Sequence record: CP132210.1
Source of the DNA: a plasmid
DNA length: 64,000 bases
Strand: one strand, 5' to 3'
Numbering within the stretch: the stretch's first letter is position 1; each line of letters opens with the position of its first letter. Positions 1-9,815 of this stretch are shown one piece after another. The notes beneath the pieces were generated by a model. The model was not told where the DNA came from. It was given only the letters and a program-made list of their open reading frames with translations, and did no database searches. The position numbers and the translations under genes are program-made.

Positions 1-1380
1 GCAGATTTCGTAGAATTTCCGGTCGAGGCCTTCCGGGGTGATCACCAGCGGCTTCCAGCGCGGCTTGATGAAGGCCGTGGGTGCATCGGCCGGCACCTTG
101 CGCAGGTTGTCGGCGTTCATCTCACGCAGGGTCTGCACGGCTGCCAGCACGCCTTGCGCGGCCGGCGCGGCGCGCAGTTCCAGCACCTCCAGCAAGGCCG
201 GCGTGTAACGGCGCAGGGTGGCGAAGTTCTCGCCGACCAGGTGCAGGTGGTCGAAGCCTTCCGGCCGGGCCAGCAGCTCGGCCTCGCTGACGCTCTCGGT
301 GAACTCGTCCCAGGGAATCACCGCCTCGATGGCGGCATAGGGGTCGCTGCCGCTTTCCTTCGCTTCCAGCAGCGCCTGGCCGATCCTGGAGTACAGGCGC
401 ACCTTGTCGTTGATCGCCTTGCCCTGCTTCTGGAACTGCTGCTGATGCTTGTGCTTCGCGCCGCTGAACAGCTTGACCAGGATGCGGTCATGCAGATCGA
501 CCAGCTCATCGATCACGGTCGCGGTGCTCTCCAGCACCACGGCGGCCAGGGTCGCGTAGCGGCGCTGCGGCTCGAACTTACCGAGGTCTTTGGGCGTCAT
601 CTGCCCACCCTCGCGGGCCAGCTTGAGCAGGCGGTTCTGGTGGATGTGCCGGCCCAGGCCTTCGGGCAAGTCCACCAACTGAAATGTCTTCAGCCGCTCG
701 ATGTGTTCCAGCATGTGCCGAGAGTTGGGTTTCAGCGGTGCCTGGCGCAGCCAGGTCAACCAGGTGATGCTGCTGCCGGCCTTGAGCTTCAACAGCTCGT
801 CCAGCTTGGCCCGATGCGAGTCCGTGAGTGGTTCGACCAGGGCGCGGTAGACCCGCCGATTGGCTCGCGCAATGGCTTCCGAGCAGGCCCGGTCAATCAC
901 GCTCAGCGCCGGCAGGATGCGTCGTTTCTGCCGTAGGCTCTCCAGGGCCTGACCGGCCAGCAGCAAGCCTTTGTCGGTCTGCTGGGCCAGCTCGGTTAGC
1001 TCGCGCACCAGGGCGCGGAAGTCGGACAGGCCGAACGGGGCCAGTTGCAGGTAGGTGCGCAGTTCCTGGGCATGCTCGCGACGGGTCACGTCGCGCTCGC
1101 CGTACTTTGCCCAGCTCGCCGGCTCGGCCTGGACTTGCTTCGCCACCCACAGGATGACCGGCTCGGGCAGCTCGCTGTCGGTTCCCAGCGCGTAACCGGG
1201 GTAGCGCAGCAGGCAGAGCTGCACGGCGAAGCCGAGGCGGTTGGCGTCGCCGCGTCGCTGGCGGATCAGCGACAGGTCGGAGTCGTTGAAGGTGTAGTAG
1301 CGGATCAGGTCATCCTGGCTTTCCGGCAGCGCAAGCAGGGTGTCCCGCTCCGTGGCCGAGAGGATCAAGCGACGCGGCAT
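1..1380 (-). CDS. tnpA: Tn21-subfamily (Tn3-family) transposase TnpA, N-terminal about 460 aa; the C-terminus lies beyond the window start
   Basis: Manual minus-strand translation from the ATG at 1380..1378 gives [62 protein letters not shown]..., collinear with Tn21/Tn501 TnpA. No stop before position 1. It sits directly downstream of tnpR, as in Tn21. Confidence 0.85.
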   Translation of the reverse strand, partial: MPRRLILSATERDTLLALPESQDDLIRYYTFNDSDLSLIRQRRGDANRLGFAVQLCLLRYPGYALGTDSELPEPVILWVAKQVQAEPASWAKYGERDVTRREHAQELRTYLQLAPFGLSDFRALVRELTELAQQTDKGLLLAGQALESLRQKRRILPALSVIDRACSEAIARANRRVYRALVEPLTDSHRAKLDELLKLKAGSSITWLTWLRQAPLKPNSRHMLEHIERLKTFQLVDLPEGLGRHIHQNRLLKLAREGGQMTPKDLGKFEPQRRYATLAAVVLESTATVIDELVDLHDRILVKLFSGAKHKHQQQFQKQGKAINDKVRLYSRIGQALLEAKESGSDPYAAIEAVIPWDEFTESVSEAELLARPEGFDHLHLVGENFATLRRYTPALLEVLELRAAPAAQGVLAAVQTLREMNADNLRKVPADAPTAFIKPRWKPLVITPEGLDRKFYEIC

Positions 1381-1383
1381 GTG

Positions 1384-1944
1384 TCAGTCGTCCGTGCGGA
1401 GGTACTGGTAGAGGGTTTCCCGGCTGATGTTGAACTCGCGGGCAAGCTGCGCCTTGGGCTCGCCGGCCGTCGCTCGCTGCCGCAGGGTAGCAGCCTGCTC
1501 ATCGGACAGGGCTTTCTTGCGGCCCCGGTACGCGCCACGCTGCTTGGCCAAGGCGATGCCCTCACGCTGCCGCTCGCGGATCAGGGCGCGCTCGAACTCA
1601 GCGAAGGCCCCCATCACCGACAGCATCAGGTTGGCCATCGGCGAGTCCTCGCCAGTGAACACCAGGCCCTCCTTCAGGAACTCGATGCGCACGCCGCGCT
1701 GAGTCAGCTTCTGTACCAAGCGACGCAGGTCATCGAGGTTGCGGGCCAGCCGATCCATGCTGTGCACCACCACTGTATCGCCTTCGCGGACGAAGCTCAG
1801 CAGCGCTTCGAGCTGGGGGCGCTGGGTGTCCTTGCCCGATGCCTTGTCGGTGAACACCTTGCTCACCTGGGTTTGTTCCAGCTGGCGTTCCGGGTTCTGG
1901 TCAAAGCTGCTGACCCGGACGTAGCCGATGCGGTGCCCCTGCAC
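1384..1944 (-). CDS. tnpR: Serine resolvase TnpR of a Tn21/Tn1721-subfamily transposon
   Basis: 186-aa ORF MQGHRIGYVRVSSFDQNPERQ...SMDRLARN...ISRETLYQYL. Resolvase catalytic Ser region and C-terminal HTH are present. Position res-tnpR-tnpA matches the family. Confidence 0.9.
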   Translation of the reverse strand: MQGHRIGYVRVSSFDQNPERQLEQTQVSKVFTDKASGKDTQRPQLEALLSFVREGDTVVVHSMDRLARNLDDLRRLVQKLTQRGVRIEFLKEGLVFTGEDSPMANLMLSVMGAFAEFERALIRERQREGIALAKQRGAYRGRKKALSDEQAATLRQRATAGEPKAQLAREFNISRETLYQYLRTDD

Positions 1945-2099
1945 GATGTCTCCTTGGTTGAAGGCGGCTTAAGTGCACTTTCTGTTCCGTTGTGCCTCAA
2001 AGCCCATTTCTGTCAGGCTGAAATCTATAACCTTCGCGGGCATGTGTCAAAAAATGGGAAAGCAGACTCTATTCTGACGAAGCGGCGCGGCCCTGCCTG
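1945..2099. promoter_or_regulatory. Putative res site (resolution site plus tnpR promoter) of the Tn21-like transposon
   Basis: Non-coding interval immediately upstream of tnpR, between tnpR and tnpM, where res lies in Tn21/Tn501. Subsites were not mapped. Confidence 0.45.
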
Positions 2100-2119
2100 A
2101 CATCAAGTTAGGGTATGCC

Positions 2120-2470
2120 TCAACCTGACGGCGGCGAATCACAAGCGTCCGGTTTGACGCTGGTTTCGGTCGCAGTGCTGGCCCGCGCCTGGAAGCGCTG
2201 ATAGCACTCCAGCCCGCAGAAATGCTCCACGTACTCGGCCCCTTCCGGCGTGAAGGCGGCATCGAGCGGGATTTCCTTGCAGCACACGCAGCAACTGGTG
2301 CTCGGTTCATTGGCGTTCATGGTGGTGTTCCTCCATTGGTTGACGAAGCCGACGAAGGCCGCCGCCGGCATCGGCCTGGCGAACAGGAAACCCTGCACCG
2401 TGTCGCAACCCGCCTGCCGCAACCACGCAAGGCAGTCGGGTGTTTCCACACCCTCGGCTACCACCTCCAT
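2120..2470 (-). CDS. tnpM: TnpM / urf2 C-terminal EAL-domain fragment, interrupted by class 1 integron insertion
   Basis: Residues [39 protein letters not shown] (EAL-domain C-terminus) ...[20 protein letters not shown]. The reading frame abuts IRi at 2471. The listed 204-aa ORF has an artefactual N-terminal extension into integron sequence. Confidence 0.7.
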
Positions 2471-2495
2471 TGTCGTTTTCAGAAGACGGCTGCAC
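2471..2495 (+). repeat. IRi, the 25-bp inverted repeat at the intI1 end of a class 1 integron (integron 1)
   Basis: Exact TGTCGTTTTCAGAAGACGGCTGCAC. Confidence 0.95.
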
Positions 2496-2672
2496 TGAAC
2501 GTCAGAAGCCGACTGCACTATAGCAGCGGAGGGGTTGGATCCATCAGGCAACGACGGGCTGCTGCCGGCCATCAGCGGACGCAGGGAGGACTTTCCGCAA
2601 CCGGCCGTTCGATGCGGCACCGATGGCCTTCGCGCAGGGGTAGTGAATCCGCCAGGATTGACTTGCGCTGCC

Positions 2673-3686
2673 CTACCTCTCACTAGTGAGGGGCGGCAGC
2701 GCATCAAGCGGTGAGCGCACTCCGGCACCGCCAACTTTCAGCACATGCGTGTAAATCATCGTCGTAGAGACGTCGGAATGGCCGAGCAGATCCTGCACGG
2801 TTCGAATGTCGTAACCGCTGCGGAGCAAGGCCGTCGCGAACGAGTGGCGGAGGGTGTGCGGTGTGGCGGGCTTCGTGATGCCTGCTTGTTCTACGGCACG
2901 TTTGAAGGCGCGCTGAAAGGTCTGGTCATACATGTGATGGCGACGCACGACACCGCTCCGTGGATCGGTCGAATGCGTGTGCTGCGCAAAAACCCAGAAC
3001 CACGGCCAGGAATGCCCGGCGCGCGGATACTTCCGCTCAAGGGCGTCGGGAAGCGCAACGCCGCTGCGGCCCTCGGCCTGGTCCTTCAGCCACCATGCCC
3101 GTGCACGCGACAGCTGCTCGCGCAGGCTGGGTGCCAAGCTCTCGGGTAACATCAAGGCCCGATCCTTGGAGCCCTTGCCCTCCCGCACGATGATCGTGCC
3201 GTGATCGAAATCCAGATCCTTGACCCGCAGTTGCAAACCCTCACTGATCCGCATGCCCGTTCCATACAGAAGCTGGGCGAACAAACGATGCTCGCCTTCC
3301 AGAAAACCGAGGATGCGAACCACTTCATCCGGGGTCAGCACCACCGGCAAGCGCCGCGACGGCCGAGGTCTTCCGATCTCCTGAAGCCAGGGCAGATCCG
3401 TGCACAGCACCTTGCCGTAGAAGAACAGCAAGGCCGCCAATGCCTGACGATGCGTGGAGACCGAAACCTTGCGCTCGTTCGCCAGCCAGGACAGAAATGC
3501 CTCGACTTCGCTGCTGCCCAAGGTTGCCGGGTGACGCACACCGTGGAAACGGATGAAGGCACGAACCCAGTGGACATAAGCCTGTTCGGTTCGTAAACTG
3601 TAATGCAAGTAGCGTATGCGCTCACGCAACTGGTCCAGAACCTTGACCGAACGCAGCGGTGGTAACGGCGCAGTGGCGGTTTTCAT
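2673..3686 (-). CDS. intI1: Class 1 integron integrase IntI1
   Basis: 337-aa [52 protein letters not shown]..., canonical IntI1. Identical copy at 16302..17315. Confidence 0.98.
3571..3599 (+). promoter_or_regulatory. Cassette promoter Pc, weak variant (-35 TGGACA, -10 TAAACT). P2 is inactive because the GGG insertion is absent
   Basis: TGGACATAAGCCTGTTCGGTTCGTAAACT inside intI1. Downstream ttgttatgactgtttttttgtacagt lacks the GGG that creates P2. Confidence 0.8.
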
Positions 3687-3757
3687 GGCTTGTTATGACT
3701 GTTTTTTTGTACAGTCTATGCCTCGGGCATCCAAGCAGCAAGCGCGTTACGCCGTGG

Positions 3758-3823
3758 GTCGATGTTTGATGTTATGGAGCAGCAACGATGTTACGCAGCA
3801 GGGCAGTCGCCCTAAAACAAAGT
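3758..3823 (+). other. attI1 recombination site, with crossover at G|TTAACC
   Basis: Sequence ...GCAGGGCAGTCGCCCTAAAACAAAG|TTAACC immediately 5' of the first cassette. Confidence 0.7.
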
Positions 3824-3832
3824 TAACCCAGG

Positions 3833-4315
3833 ATGAGAACCTTGAAAGTATCATTGATGGCTGCGAAAGCGAAAAACGGCGTGATTGGTTGCGGTCCAGA
3901 CATACCCTGGTCCGCGAAAGGGGAGCAGCTACTTTTTAAAGCATTGACCTACAATCAGTGGCTTCTGGTGGGTCGCAAGACGTTTGAATCTATGGGCGCA
4001 CTCCCCAATAGGAAATACGCGGTCGTTACCCGCTCAGGTTGGACATCAAATGATGACAATGTAGTTGTATTTCAGTCAATCGAAGAGGCCATGGACAGGC
4101 TAGCTGAATTCACCGGTCACGTTATAGTGTCTGGTGGCGGAGAAATTTACCGAGAAACATTACCCATGGCCTCTACGCTCCACTTATCGACGATCGACAT
4201 CGAGCCAGAGGGGGATGTTTTCTTCCCGAGTATTCCAAATACCTTCGAAGTTGTTTTTGAGCAACACTTTACTTCAAACATTAACTATTGCTATCAAATT
4301 TGGAAAAAGGGTTAA
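3833..4315 (+). CDS. dfrA14: Trimethoprim-resistant dihydrofolate reductase DfrA, dfrA5/dfrA14 group, as a gene cassette
   Basis: 160-aa [71 protein letters not shown]...[12 protein letters not shown]...[12 protein letters not shown]. Very close to DfrA1/A5/A14. The exact allele was not verified. A TTG start at 3842 is possible. Confidence 0.85.
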   Translation: MRTLKVSLMAAKAKNGVIGCGPDIPWSAKGEQLLFKALTYNQWLLVGRKTFESMGALPNRKYAVVTRSGWTSNDDNVVVFQSIEEAMDRLAEFTGHVIVSGGGEIYRETLPMASTLHLSTIDIEPEGDVFFPSIPNTFEVVFEQHFTSNINYCYQIWKKG

Positions 4316-4526
4316 CAAAGCTATGCAATCGACGGCAAAAAGCTTCGTTCGCTTCGCGCACTACGCCTTTTCCGCGATTGATAGCGACGTTATGTGAATA
4401 TTGAAATGAGCATTCCAAAGAAAGGAAGTAGAAAAATTATCGTGGGCGAAAATGAGTTTTTGTGGCTCATTAGGTCAAAACTCACATATTCGCAGGACTG
4501 TTTAGGTACAGAAATGACTGCGGTCG

Positions 4527-4767
4527 TTGAACCGGATGCCGGTCCTCACTGATGAAGAAGTGAACACCGTACGGGAATCGTGCCGGCAGCTTGGAGCTAT
4601 CGGCCGGAACCTCAACCAGGTGGCCAGGGCCTTGAACATCGAGTTCAGGGAAAGTGACAAGCTCAAGCAAGAGGCCATCGAAAAACTGGCCGAACGGATC
4701 GACCAGCATTTGGACCATGTGTCTGAGCTGTTCGATAAGACCTGGAGCCGGTGGCACGATTGTCATT
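4527..4767 (+). pseudogene. mobC: mobC-like relaxosome accessory gene, 3'-truncated at the inverted IRt copy
   Basis: ORF MNRMPVLTDEEVNTVRESCRQLGAIGRNLNQVARALNIEF... (MobC-like RHH). Its reading frame runs into the IRt sequence at 4768. Confidence 0.55.
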
Positions 4768-4883
4768 TTCAGAAGACGACTGCACCAGTTGATTGGGCGT
4801 AATGGCTGTTGTGCAGCCAGCTCCTGACAGTTCAATATCAGAAGTGATCTGCACCAATCTCGACTATGCTCAATACTCGTGTG
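4768..4883 (+). repeat. Inverted copy of the IRt end of a Tn402-type integron (IRt 25 bp plus 91 bp) abutting IS6100, an In4-like arrangement
   Basis: TGTCATTTTCAGAAGACGACTGCAC CAGTTGATTGGGCGTAATGGCTG... up to the IS6100 IR. Its orientation is inverted relative to a normal IRt. Confidence 0.8.
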
Positions 4884-5763
4884 GGCTCTGTTGCAAAAAT
4901 CGTGAAGCTTGAGCATGCTTGGCGGAGATTGGACGGACGGAACGATGACGGATTTCAAGTGGCGCCATTTCCAGGGTGATGTGATCCTGTGGGCGGTGCG
5001 CTGGTATTGTCGCTATCCGATCAGCTATCGCGACCTTGAGGAAATGCTGGCGGAACGCGGCATTTCGGTCGACCATACGACGATCTATCGCTGGGTCCAG
5101 TGCTACGCCCCGGAGATGGAGAAGCGGCTGCGCTGGTTCTGGCGGCGTGGCTTTGATCCGAGCTGGCGCCTGGATGAAACCTACGTCAAGGTGCGGGGCA
5201 AGTGGACCTACCTGTACCGGGCAGTCGACAAGCGGGGCGACACGATCGATTTCTACCTGTCGCCGACCCGCAGCGCCAAGGCAGCGAAGCGGTTCCTGGG
5301 CAAGGCCCTGCGAGGCCTGAAGCACTGGGAAAAGCCTGCCACGCTCAATACCGACAAAGCGCCGAGCTATGGTGCAGCGATCACCGAATTGAAGCGCGAA
5401 GGAAAGCTGGACCGGGAGACGGCCCACCGGCAGGTGAAGTATCTCAATAACGTGATCGAGGCCGATCACGGAAAGCTCAAGATACTGATCAAGCCGGTGC
5501 GCGGTTTCAAATCGATCCCCACGGCCTATGCCACGATCAAGGGATTCGAAGTCATGCGAGCCCTGCGCAAAGGACAGGCTCGCCCCTGGTGCCTGCAGCC
5601 CGGCATCAGGGGCGAGGTGCGCCTTGTGGAGAGAGCTTTTGGCATTGGGCCCTCGGCGCTGACGGAGGCCATGGGCATGCTCAACCACCATTTCGCAGCA
5701 GCCGCCTGATCGGCGCAGAGCGACAGCCTACCTCTGACTGCCGCCAATCTTTGCAACAGAGCC
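4884..5763 (+). mobile_element. IS6100 (IS6 family), 880 bp
   Basis: Terminal IRs GGCTCTGTTGCAAA (4884..4897) and TTTGCAACAGAGCC (5750..5763). The transposase ORF lies inside. Confidence 0.92.
4945..5709 (+). CDS. tnpA: IS6100 transposase
   Basis: [52 protein letters not shown]... The ORF listed from 4909 carries an N-terminal extension. Confidence 0.9.
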   Translation: MTDFKWRHFQGDVILWAVRWYCRYPISYRDLEEMLAERGISVDHTTIYRWVQCYAPEMEKRLRWFWRRGFDPSWRLDETYVKVRGKWTYLYRAVDKRGDTIDFYLSPTRSAKAAKRFLGKALRGLKHWEKPATLNTDKAPSYGAAITELKREGKLDRETAHRQVKYLNNVIEADHGKLKILIKPVRGFKSIPTAYATIKGFEVMRALRKGQARPWCLQPGIRGEVRLVERAFGIGPSALTEAMGMLNHHFAAAA

Positions 5764-6201
5764 CGCCGTGCTAGTCTGCTCGGTGATGGTGGAGTGAAGC
5801 CAACCCGCAATCGGGTTATGAATCTGCATCGCGATTCGCAATCAGCTGTCTCTTGAGCATGTCGAACTCCTGCGATGTTATCTCGCCGTGCTCGTGCTGC
5901 TACACCAACTTGTCCAACTCATCCGCCACACCGCTCCCCACCACCTGCGATGGCCAGGTTGTTTGCTGGGCGCATTGGCGGAGTATCGTCTCGACCCGGG
6001 ACACCCACACCGGCACAACCTTACGGGAGTGATTCACTGTCAAAGAATCGGCCCGGTGCTCTGACGCAAGTATCGGGATGGTCACCATTTGTAAGCCGTA
6101 GACCTGAGTGGTGATCAAGACTTCGATACCACCGACCGTACCGGTACTAATCGACGACGGTCGTGTTCGTCGCCTGCCGCAGGGACTCTGCACACCTCCG
6201 T

Positions 6202-6786
6202 TTACGCATGTGCCTGGAGGAGTTGGAAATCGTCGTGTTCGGGAAACATTAAACACAGGATGGCAGCGATCTGAGCCAGCACATGATCAGCTAGCTCACC
6301 ATCCGGATCGACGGCCCACTGCATCGTCGCGCCAGCGATGACCGAGTGCAGGAGCAACTCAGCTGCCGCAGGAGCACCTGGGGGCAGTCGCTTGCGGATC
6401 CCCTCCACCACCGCGCGGTTCCGCTGGATCGCAAGCGTGCGTAGCTCCGGCACCTGGAGCTCGTACCAGGAGATGAGATAGTTCACCGAGAAGTCGTTGC
6501 GAGTGTTCATGCTCCGAACGAGCACCTGCAAAAATTCCCAGAGCCCTTGCGGCCCTGCGCCTATCGGTATCGCATTCAGGTAATGCCGCACCTGCTCGAC
6601 GCCGCGCTCCATCATCCTCACCAGCAGCGTATCGCGGTTGGTGAAGCGCTGGATTAACGCTGCGCGGGAGAGCCCCACCTCCTTTGCTACTCCGCTGAGC
6701 GTGAACTCTATGGGACCGCAACGCTTCAGCACTACGGTGGCGGCCTCGAGTACCTCGTCATCGGACTTGAGCTTGGGGCGGGGCAT
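6202..6786 (-). CDS. mphR(A): TetR-family repressor MphR(A) of the macrolide phosphotransferase operon
   Basis: 194-aa ORF MPRPKLKSDDEVLEAATVVLKRCGPIEFTLSGVAKEVGLSRAALIQRF... Last gene of the mph(A)-mrx-mphR operon and adjacent to IS6100. Confidence 0.9.
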   Translation of the reverse strand: MPRPKLKSDDEVLEAATVVLKRCGPIEFTLSGVAKEVGLSRAALIQRFTNRDTLLVRMMERGVEQVRHYLNAIPIGAGPQGLWEFLQVLVRSMNTRNDFSVNYLISWYELQVPELRTLAIQRNRAVVEGIRKRLPPGAPAAAELLLHSVIAGATMQWAVDPDGELADHVLAQIAAILCLMFPEHDDFQLLQAHA

Positions 6787-8024
6787 CAGTGTTCACCTTC
6801 TGTATGGGTTGGGGCGGAGGCTGTGGCTGCCGCCGCCATTGTAGCAAATTGAAGACGGAGCGAGAGTAGAGCCACGAGCCCCGCAAACACGGCCGATACA
6901 ACGAGGCCAGGGAGCGGACCAGCAAGGTCGACAAACGCGCCGGCCGCAAGCATAACCATGGGCGAGGCTGACAGCATCACCGCCGAGACCGTGCCGAGTA
7001 CCCGGCCGAGAAGTTCTGGCGGCGTGCGGTTGTAGATGGCAGCGTTGAGAATGGGAGAGACTGAGCCGGTCAGCAGTCCCACGAGCGCGCCCAACAACAT
7101 CAGCACCGGCACGCCTGGCAACTGTGAAAGCAGAAGCGAGCCCACCGCAGAGCCACAAAATGCCACCGCCAGCCAGTTCTGCGCTGATATCCGGGCGCCG
7201 ACCGACGCATGAATGGCAATGCCAAGGAGACCACCAGCCCCCATCATTGAGGAGAACAGCCCGAGCTCTGCTACTTGGCGTCCTGCATCTACAAACAGCG
7301 CAGGCATGATGACGCTGCCGTTGGCGCCAACGATGCCCACGAAGATCATCACTATACCAAAGAGAGGGCGCAGCAGGGGTTCGCTCCAGAGAAAAGCGAC
7401 GCCGGCGCGCATGGAGAGAGTCGCCGTCGTGGTCATCGTCCGAGCGGCACGCGCGGGAAGCACCCACGCGCCGAGCAGACCTGCAAGGACGGAGCAGAAC
7501 GCCGTCAGCCCGAGCGTTGGCGCAGCGCCAAGCAGGCCGATTGCGGCCCCCCCAAGGGCCGGGCCACCTAGAATCGCGACGTTCCCGATCACCGCTTTCA
7601 GTGACGAGACGCGCTCAACGGAGAGCCCGGCGACGTGGCCGAGTTTGGGCAGCTCACTGTCCTGCGCGGCCATACCGGGTGCGTCGAACGCGGCACCGAG
7701 CACCACGCAAGCGATCAGCCCAGTGTTCGAGAGGGCGCCAACGGCATCGAGCAGTGGGATGCTCGCCATGGCCACGCCGCCCACCACACCCGAGATCAAT
7801 GCGACGGGCGCGCGCCCGAACCGATCGACGAGGCCACCACCAACCCACGCGCCGATGATGGTCGCGATGACGCTGCTAGCGGCCGTGGCGCCCGCCCAGG
7901 CCGCGCTCTTTGTATGAGACAGGACGAACCATGGAAGCGCGAGGGCCGCCACCGCGTTGCCGATCCGGAAGAGAAAGGTCGCCGCGAACAGCGTCGCGAG
8001 CGGGCTATATCGACGTTCGCTCAT
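6786..8024 (-). CDS. mrx: MFS-type membrane protein Mrx
   Basis: 412-aa hydrophobic ORF between mph(A) and mphR(A). Confidence 0.85.
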   Translation of the reverse strand: MSERRYSPLATLFAATFLFRIGNAVAALALPWFVLSHTKSAAWAGATAASSVIATIIGAWVGGGLVDRFGRAPVALISGVVGGVAMASIPLLDAVGALSNTGLIACVVLGAAFDAPGMAAQDSELPKLGHVAGLSVERVSSLKAVIGNVAILGGPALGGAAIGLLGAAPTLGLTAFCSVLAGLLGAWVLPARAARTMTTTATLSMRAGVAFLWSEPLLRPLFGIVMIFVGIVGANGSVIMPALFVDAGRQVAELGLFSSMMGAGGLLGIAIHASVGARISAQNWLAVAFCGSAVGSLLLSQLPGVPVLMLLGALVGLLTGSVSPILNAAIYNRTPPELLGRVLGTVSAVMLSASPMVMLAAGAFVDLAGPLPGLVVSAVFAGLVALLSLRLQFATMAAAATASAPTHTEGEH

Positions 8025-8926
8025 TCCGCTGCGGCGAGCTGCGCCTTCGCCGCAGCGAGGTACTCTTCGTTACCCGAGTCGAGGGCGAAGAGTGCGTAGG
8101 TGACCGCCCCGAACGCAAGGCGCTCCGCGATGTGGTGGGCGAGCCGCGGCCACACCCGGCCACCGGCCGCTTCATACGTGAGGAGGAGCTTCGCGAGCCC
8201 CTCTTCACCAAAGACCATAAGGTGCGCGGCCATGTCGATGGCAGGGTCATCAACGCGGGCCTCGCTCCAGTCGATCATCCCGCTGACGCGCTCCGTGTTG
8301 TCGATGAGCACATGGCCCACGTAGAGATCGCCATGCACCACCACGGAGAAATCTGGCCACGACGAATCGTCGTCGAGCCAGCGCTGCCACCGGTGGAGGC
8401 GCTTGTCGTTCACCACGAACTCGCGTCGGACGCGGTCAACGTCGTCGGCCACCTTCTGACGGGCCTGCGTCGGTGTACGGATGAGCATCCCCGCATCCAC
8501 GGCGGCGGAAATGGGGACGGCATGCAGGGCGGCGAGCGCGGTCGCGAAGCTCTCCGCGAAGACCTCCGAGTCCTGCGGCACGACCCAGTCGGGCGTGGAC
8601 GAACCAGGCTGGATGACCATCGCAGTCGAGTCTTCGAGCATGGGATAGGCAACGAGCTCGGCGTTGGCCACGCGCCAGTCCGGCACCGCGAACGGCAGGC
8701 GATTCTTGAGCATTGCCAGCACCCGCGCCTCTGGTTCGACCTTCGCGCTTACCTCGGCTCGGCGCGGGATGCGCAGCACCCACCGACGTCCATCGTCGAC
8801 GGTGGCGATCACGATCCTATAGTCGAGCCCAAGCTCATTGACAGTCAGCGGGCCATGGAGCTTGAGCCCATGTCGGGCTGCAAGTGCGTACAGTTGGGAG
8901 GTATCGGCGGTCGTGACTACGGTCAT
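8021..8926 (-). CDS. mph(A): Macrolide 2'-phosphotransferase Mph(A)
   Basis: 301-aa ORF MTVVTTADTSQLYALAARHGLKLHGPLTVNELGLDYRIVIATVDDGRRWVLRIP...HGDLYVGHVLID..., matching Mph(A). Confidence 0.95.
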   Translation of the reverse strand: MTVVTTADTSQLYALAARHGLKLHGPLTVNELGLDYRIVIATVDDGRRWVLRIPRRAEVSAKVEPEARVLAMLKNRLPFAVPDWRVANAELVAYPMLEDSTAMVIQPGSSTPDWVVPQDSEVFAESFATALAALHAVPISAAVDAGMLIRTPTQARQKVADDVDRVRREFVVNDKRLHRWQRWLDDDSSWPDFSVVVHGDLYVGHVLIDNTERVSGMIDWSEARVDDPAIDMAAHLMVFGEEGLAKLLLTYEAAGGRVWPRLAHHIAERLAFGAVTYALFALDSGNEEYLAAAKAQLAAAE

Positions 8927-8995
8927 GATTCACTCCTGAGGGCTTGACGGGTTTAGCCACCTAAATGTAACAGTCACATCGGTTATATTCAATCC

Positions 8996-9815
8996 GGCAC
9001 TGTTGCAAAGTTAGCGATGAGGCAGCCTTTTGTCTTATTCAAAGGCCTTACATTTCAAAAACTCTGCTTACCAGGCGCATTTCGCCCAGGGGATCACCAT
9101 AATAAAATGCTGAGGCCTGGCCTTTGCGTAGTGCACGCATCACCTCAATACCTTTGATGGTGGCGTAAGCCGTCTTCATGGATTTAAATCCCAGCGTGGC
9201 GCCGATTATCCGTTTCAGTTTGCCATGATCGCATTCAATCACGTTGTTCCGGTACTTAATCTGTCGGTGTTCAACGTCAGACGGGCACCGGCCTTCGCGT
9301 TTGAGCAGAGCAAGCGCGCGACCATAGGCGGGCGCTTTATCCGTGTTGATGAATCGCGGGATCTGCCACTTCTTCACGTTGTTGAGGATTTTACCCAGAA
9401 ACCGGTATGCAGCTTTGCTGTTACGACGGGAGGAGAGATAAAAATCGACAGTGCGGCCCCGGCTGTCGACGGCCCGGTACAGATACGCCCAGCGGCCATT
9501 GACCTTCACGTAGGTTTCATCCATGTGCCACGGGCAAAGATCGGAAGGGTTACGCCAGTACCAGCGCAGCCGTTTTTCCATTTCAGGCGCATAACGCTGA
9601 ACCCAGCGGTAAATCGTGGAGTGATCGACATTCACTCCGCGTTCAGCCAGCATCTCCTGCAGCTCACGGTAACTGATGCCGTATTTGCAGTACCAGCGTA
9701 CGGCCCACAGAATGATGTCACGCTGAAAATGCCGGCCTTTGAATGGGTTCATGTGCAGCTCCATCAGCAAAAGGGGATGATAAGTTTATCACCACCGACT
9801 ATTTGCAACAGTGCC
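8996..9815 (-). mobile_element. IS26 copy 1 (820 bp), transposase on the minus strand
   Basis: IRs GGCACTGTTGCAAA at 8996..9009 and TTTGCAACAGTGCC at 9802..9815. Flanks ttcaatcc and aaaatggc give no 8-bp TSD. Confidence 0.97.
9048..9752 (-). CDS. tnpA: IS26 transposase Tnp26
   Basis: [54 protein letters not shown]... The listed 240-aa ORF includes 6 extra N-terminal codons. Confidence 0.97.
   Translation of the reverse strand: MNPFKGRHFQRDIILWAVRWYCKYGISYRELQEMLAERGVNVDHSTIYRWVQRYAPEMEKRLRWYWRNPSDLCPWHMDETYVKVNGRWAYLYRAVDSRGRTVDFYLSSRRNSKAAYRFLGKILNNVKKWQIPRFINTDKAPAYGRALALLKREGRCPSDVEHRQIKYRNNVIECDHGKLKRIIGATLGFKSMKTAYATIKGIEVMRALRKGQASAFYYGDPLGEMRLVSRVFEM

Noticed and set aside
154-2100. 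Long plus-strand ORFs 154..936 (260 aa) and 1045..2100 (351 aa)
   Set aside because: They lie antisense to the clearly homologous tnpA and tnpR genes in GC-rich DNA. They have no recognisable domains and are typical antisense open frames.
5820-5850. CTGTCTCTTGA, resembling the IS50 inside end
   Set aside because: It is only an 11-nt match with no second end or transposase nearby, and is probably coincidental.
6359-8947. Many overlapping ORFs (6359..6721, 6793..7467, 7213..7917, 7910..8947 and others) within the mph(A)-mrx-mphR region
   Set aside because: They lie in alternative frames or antisense to the well-supported mph(A), mrx and mphR(A) genes. They are high-GC artefacts.
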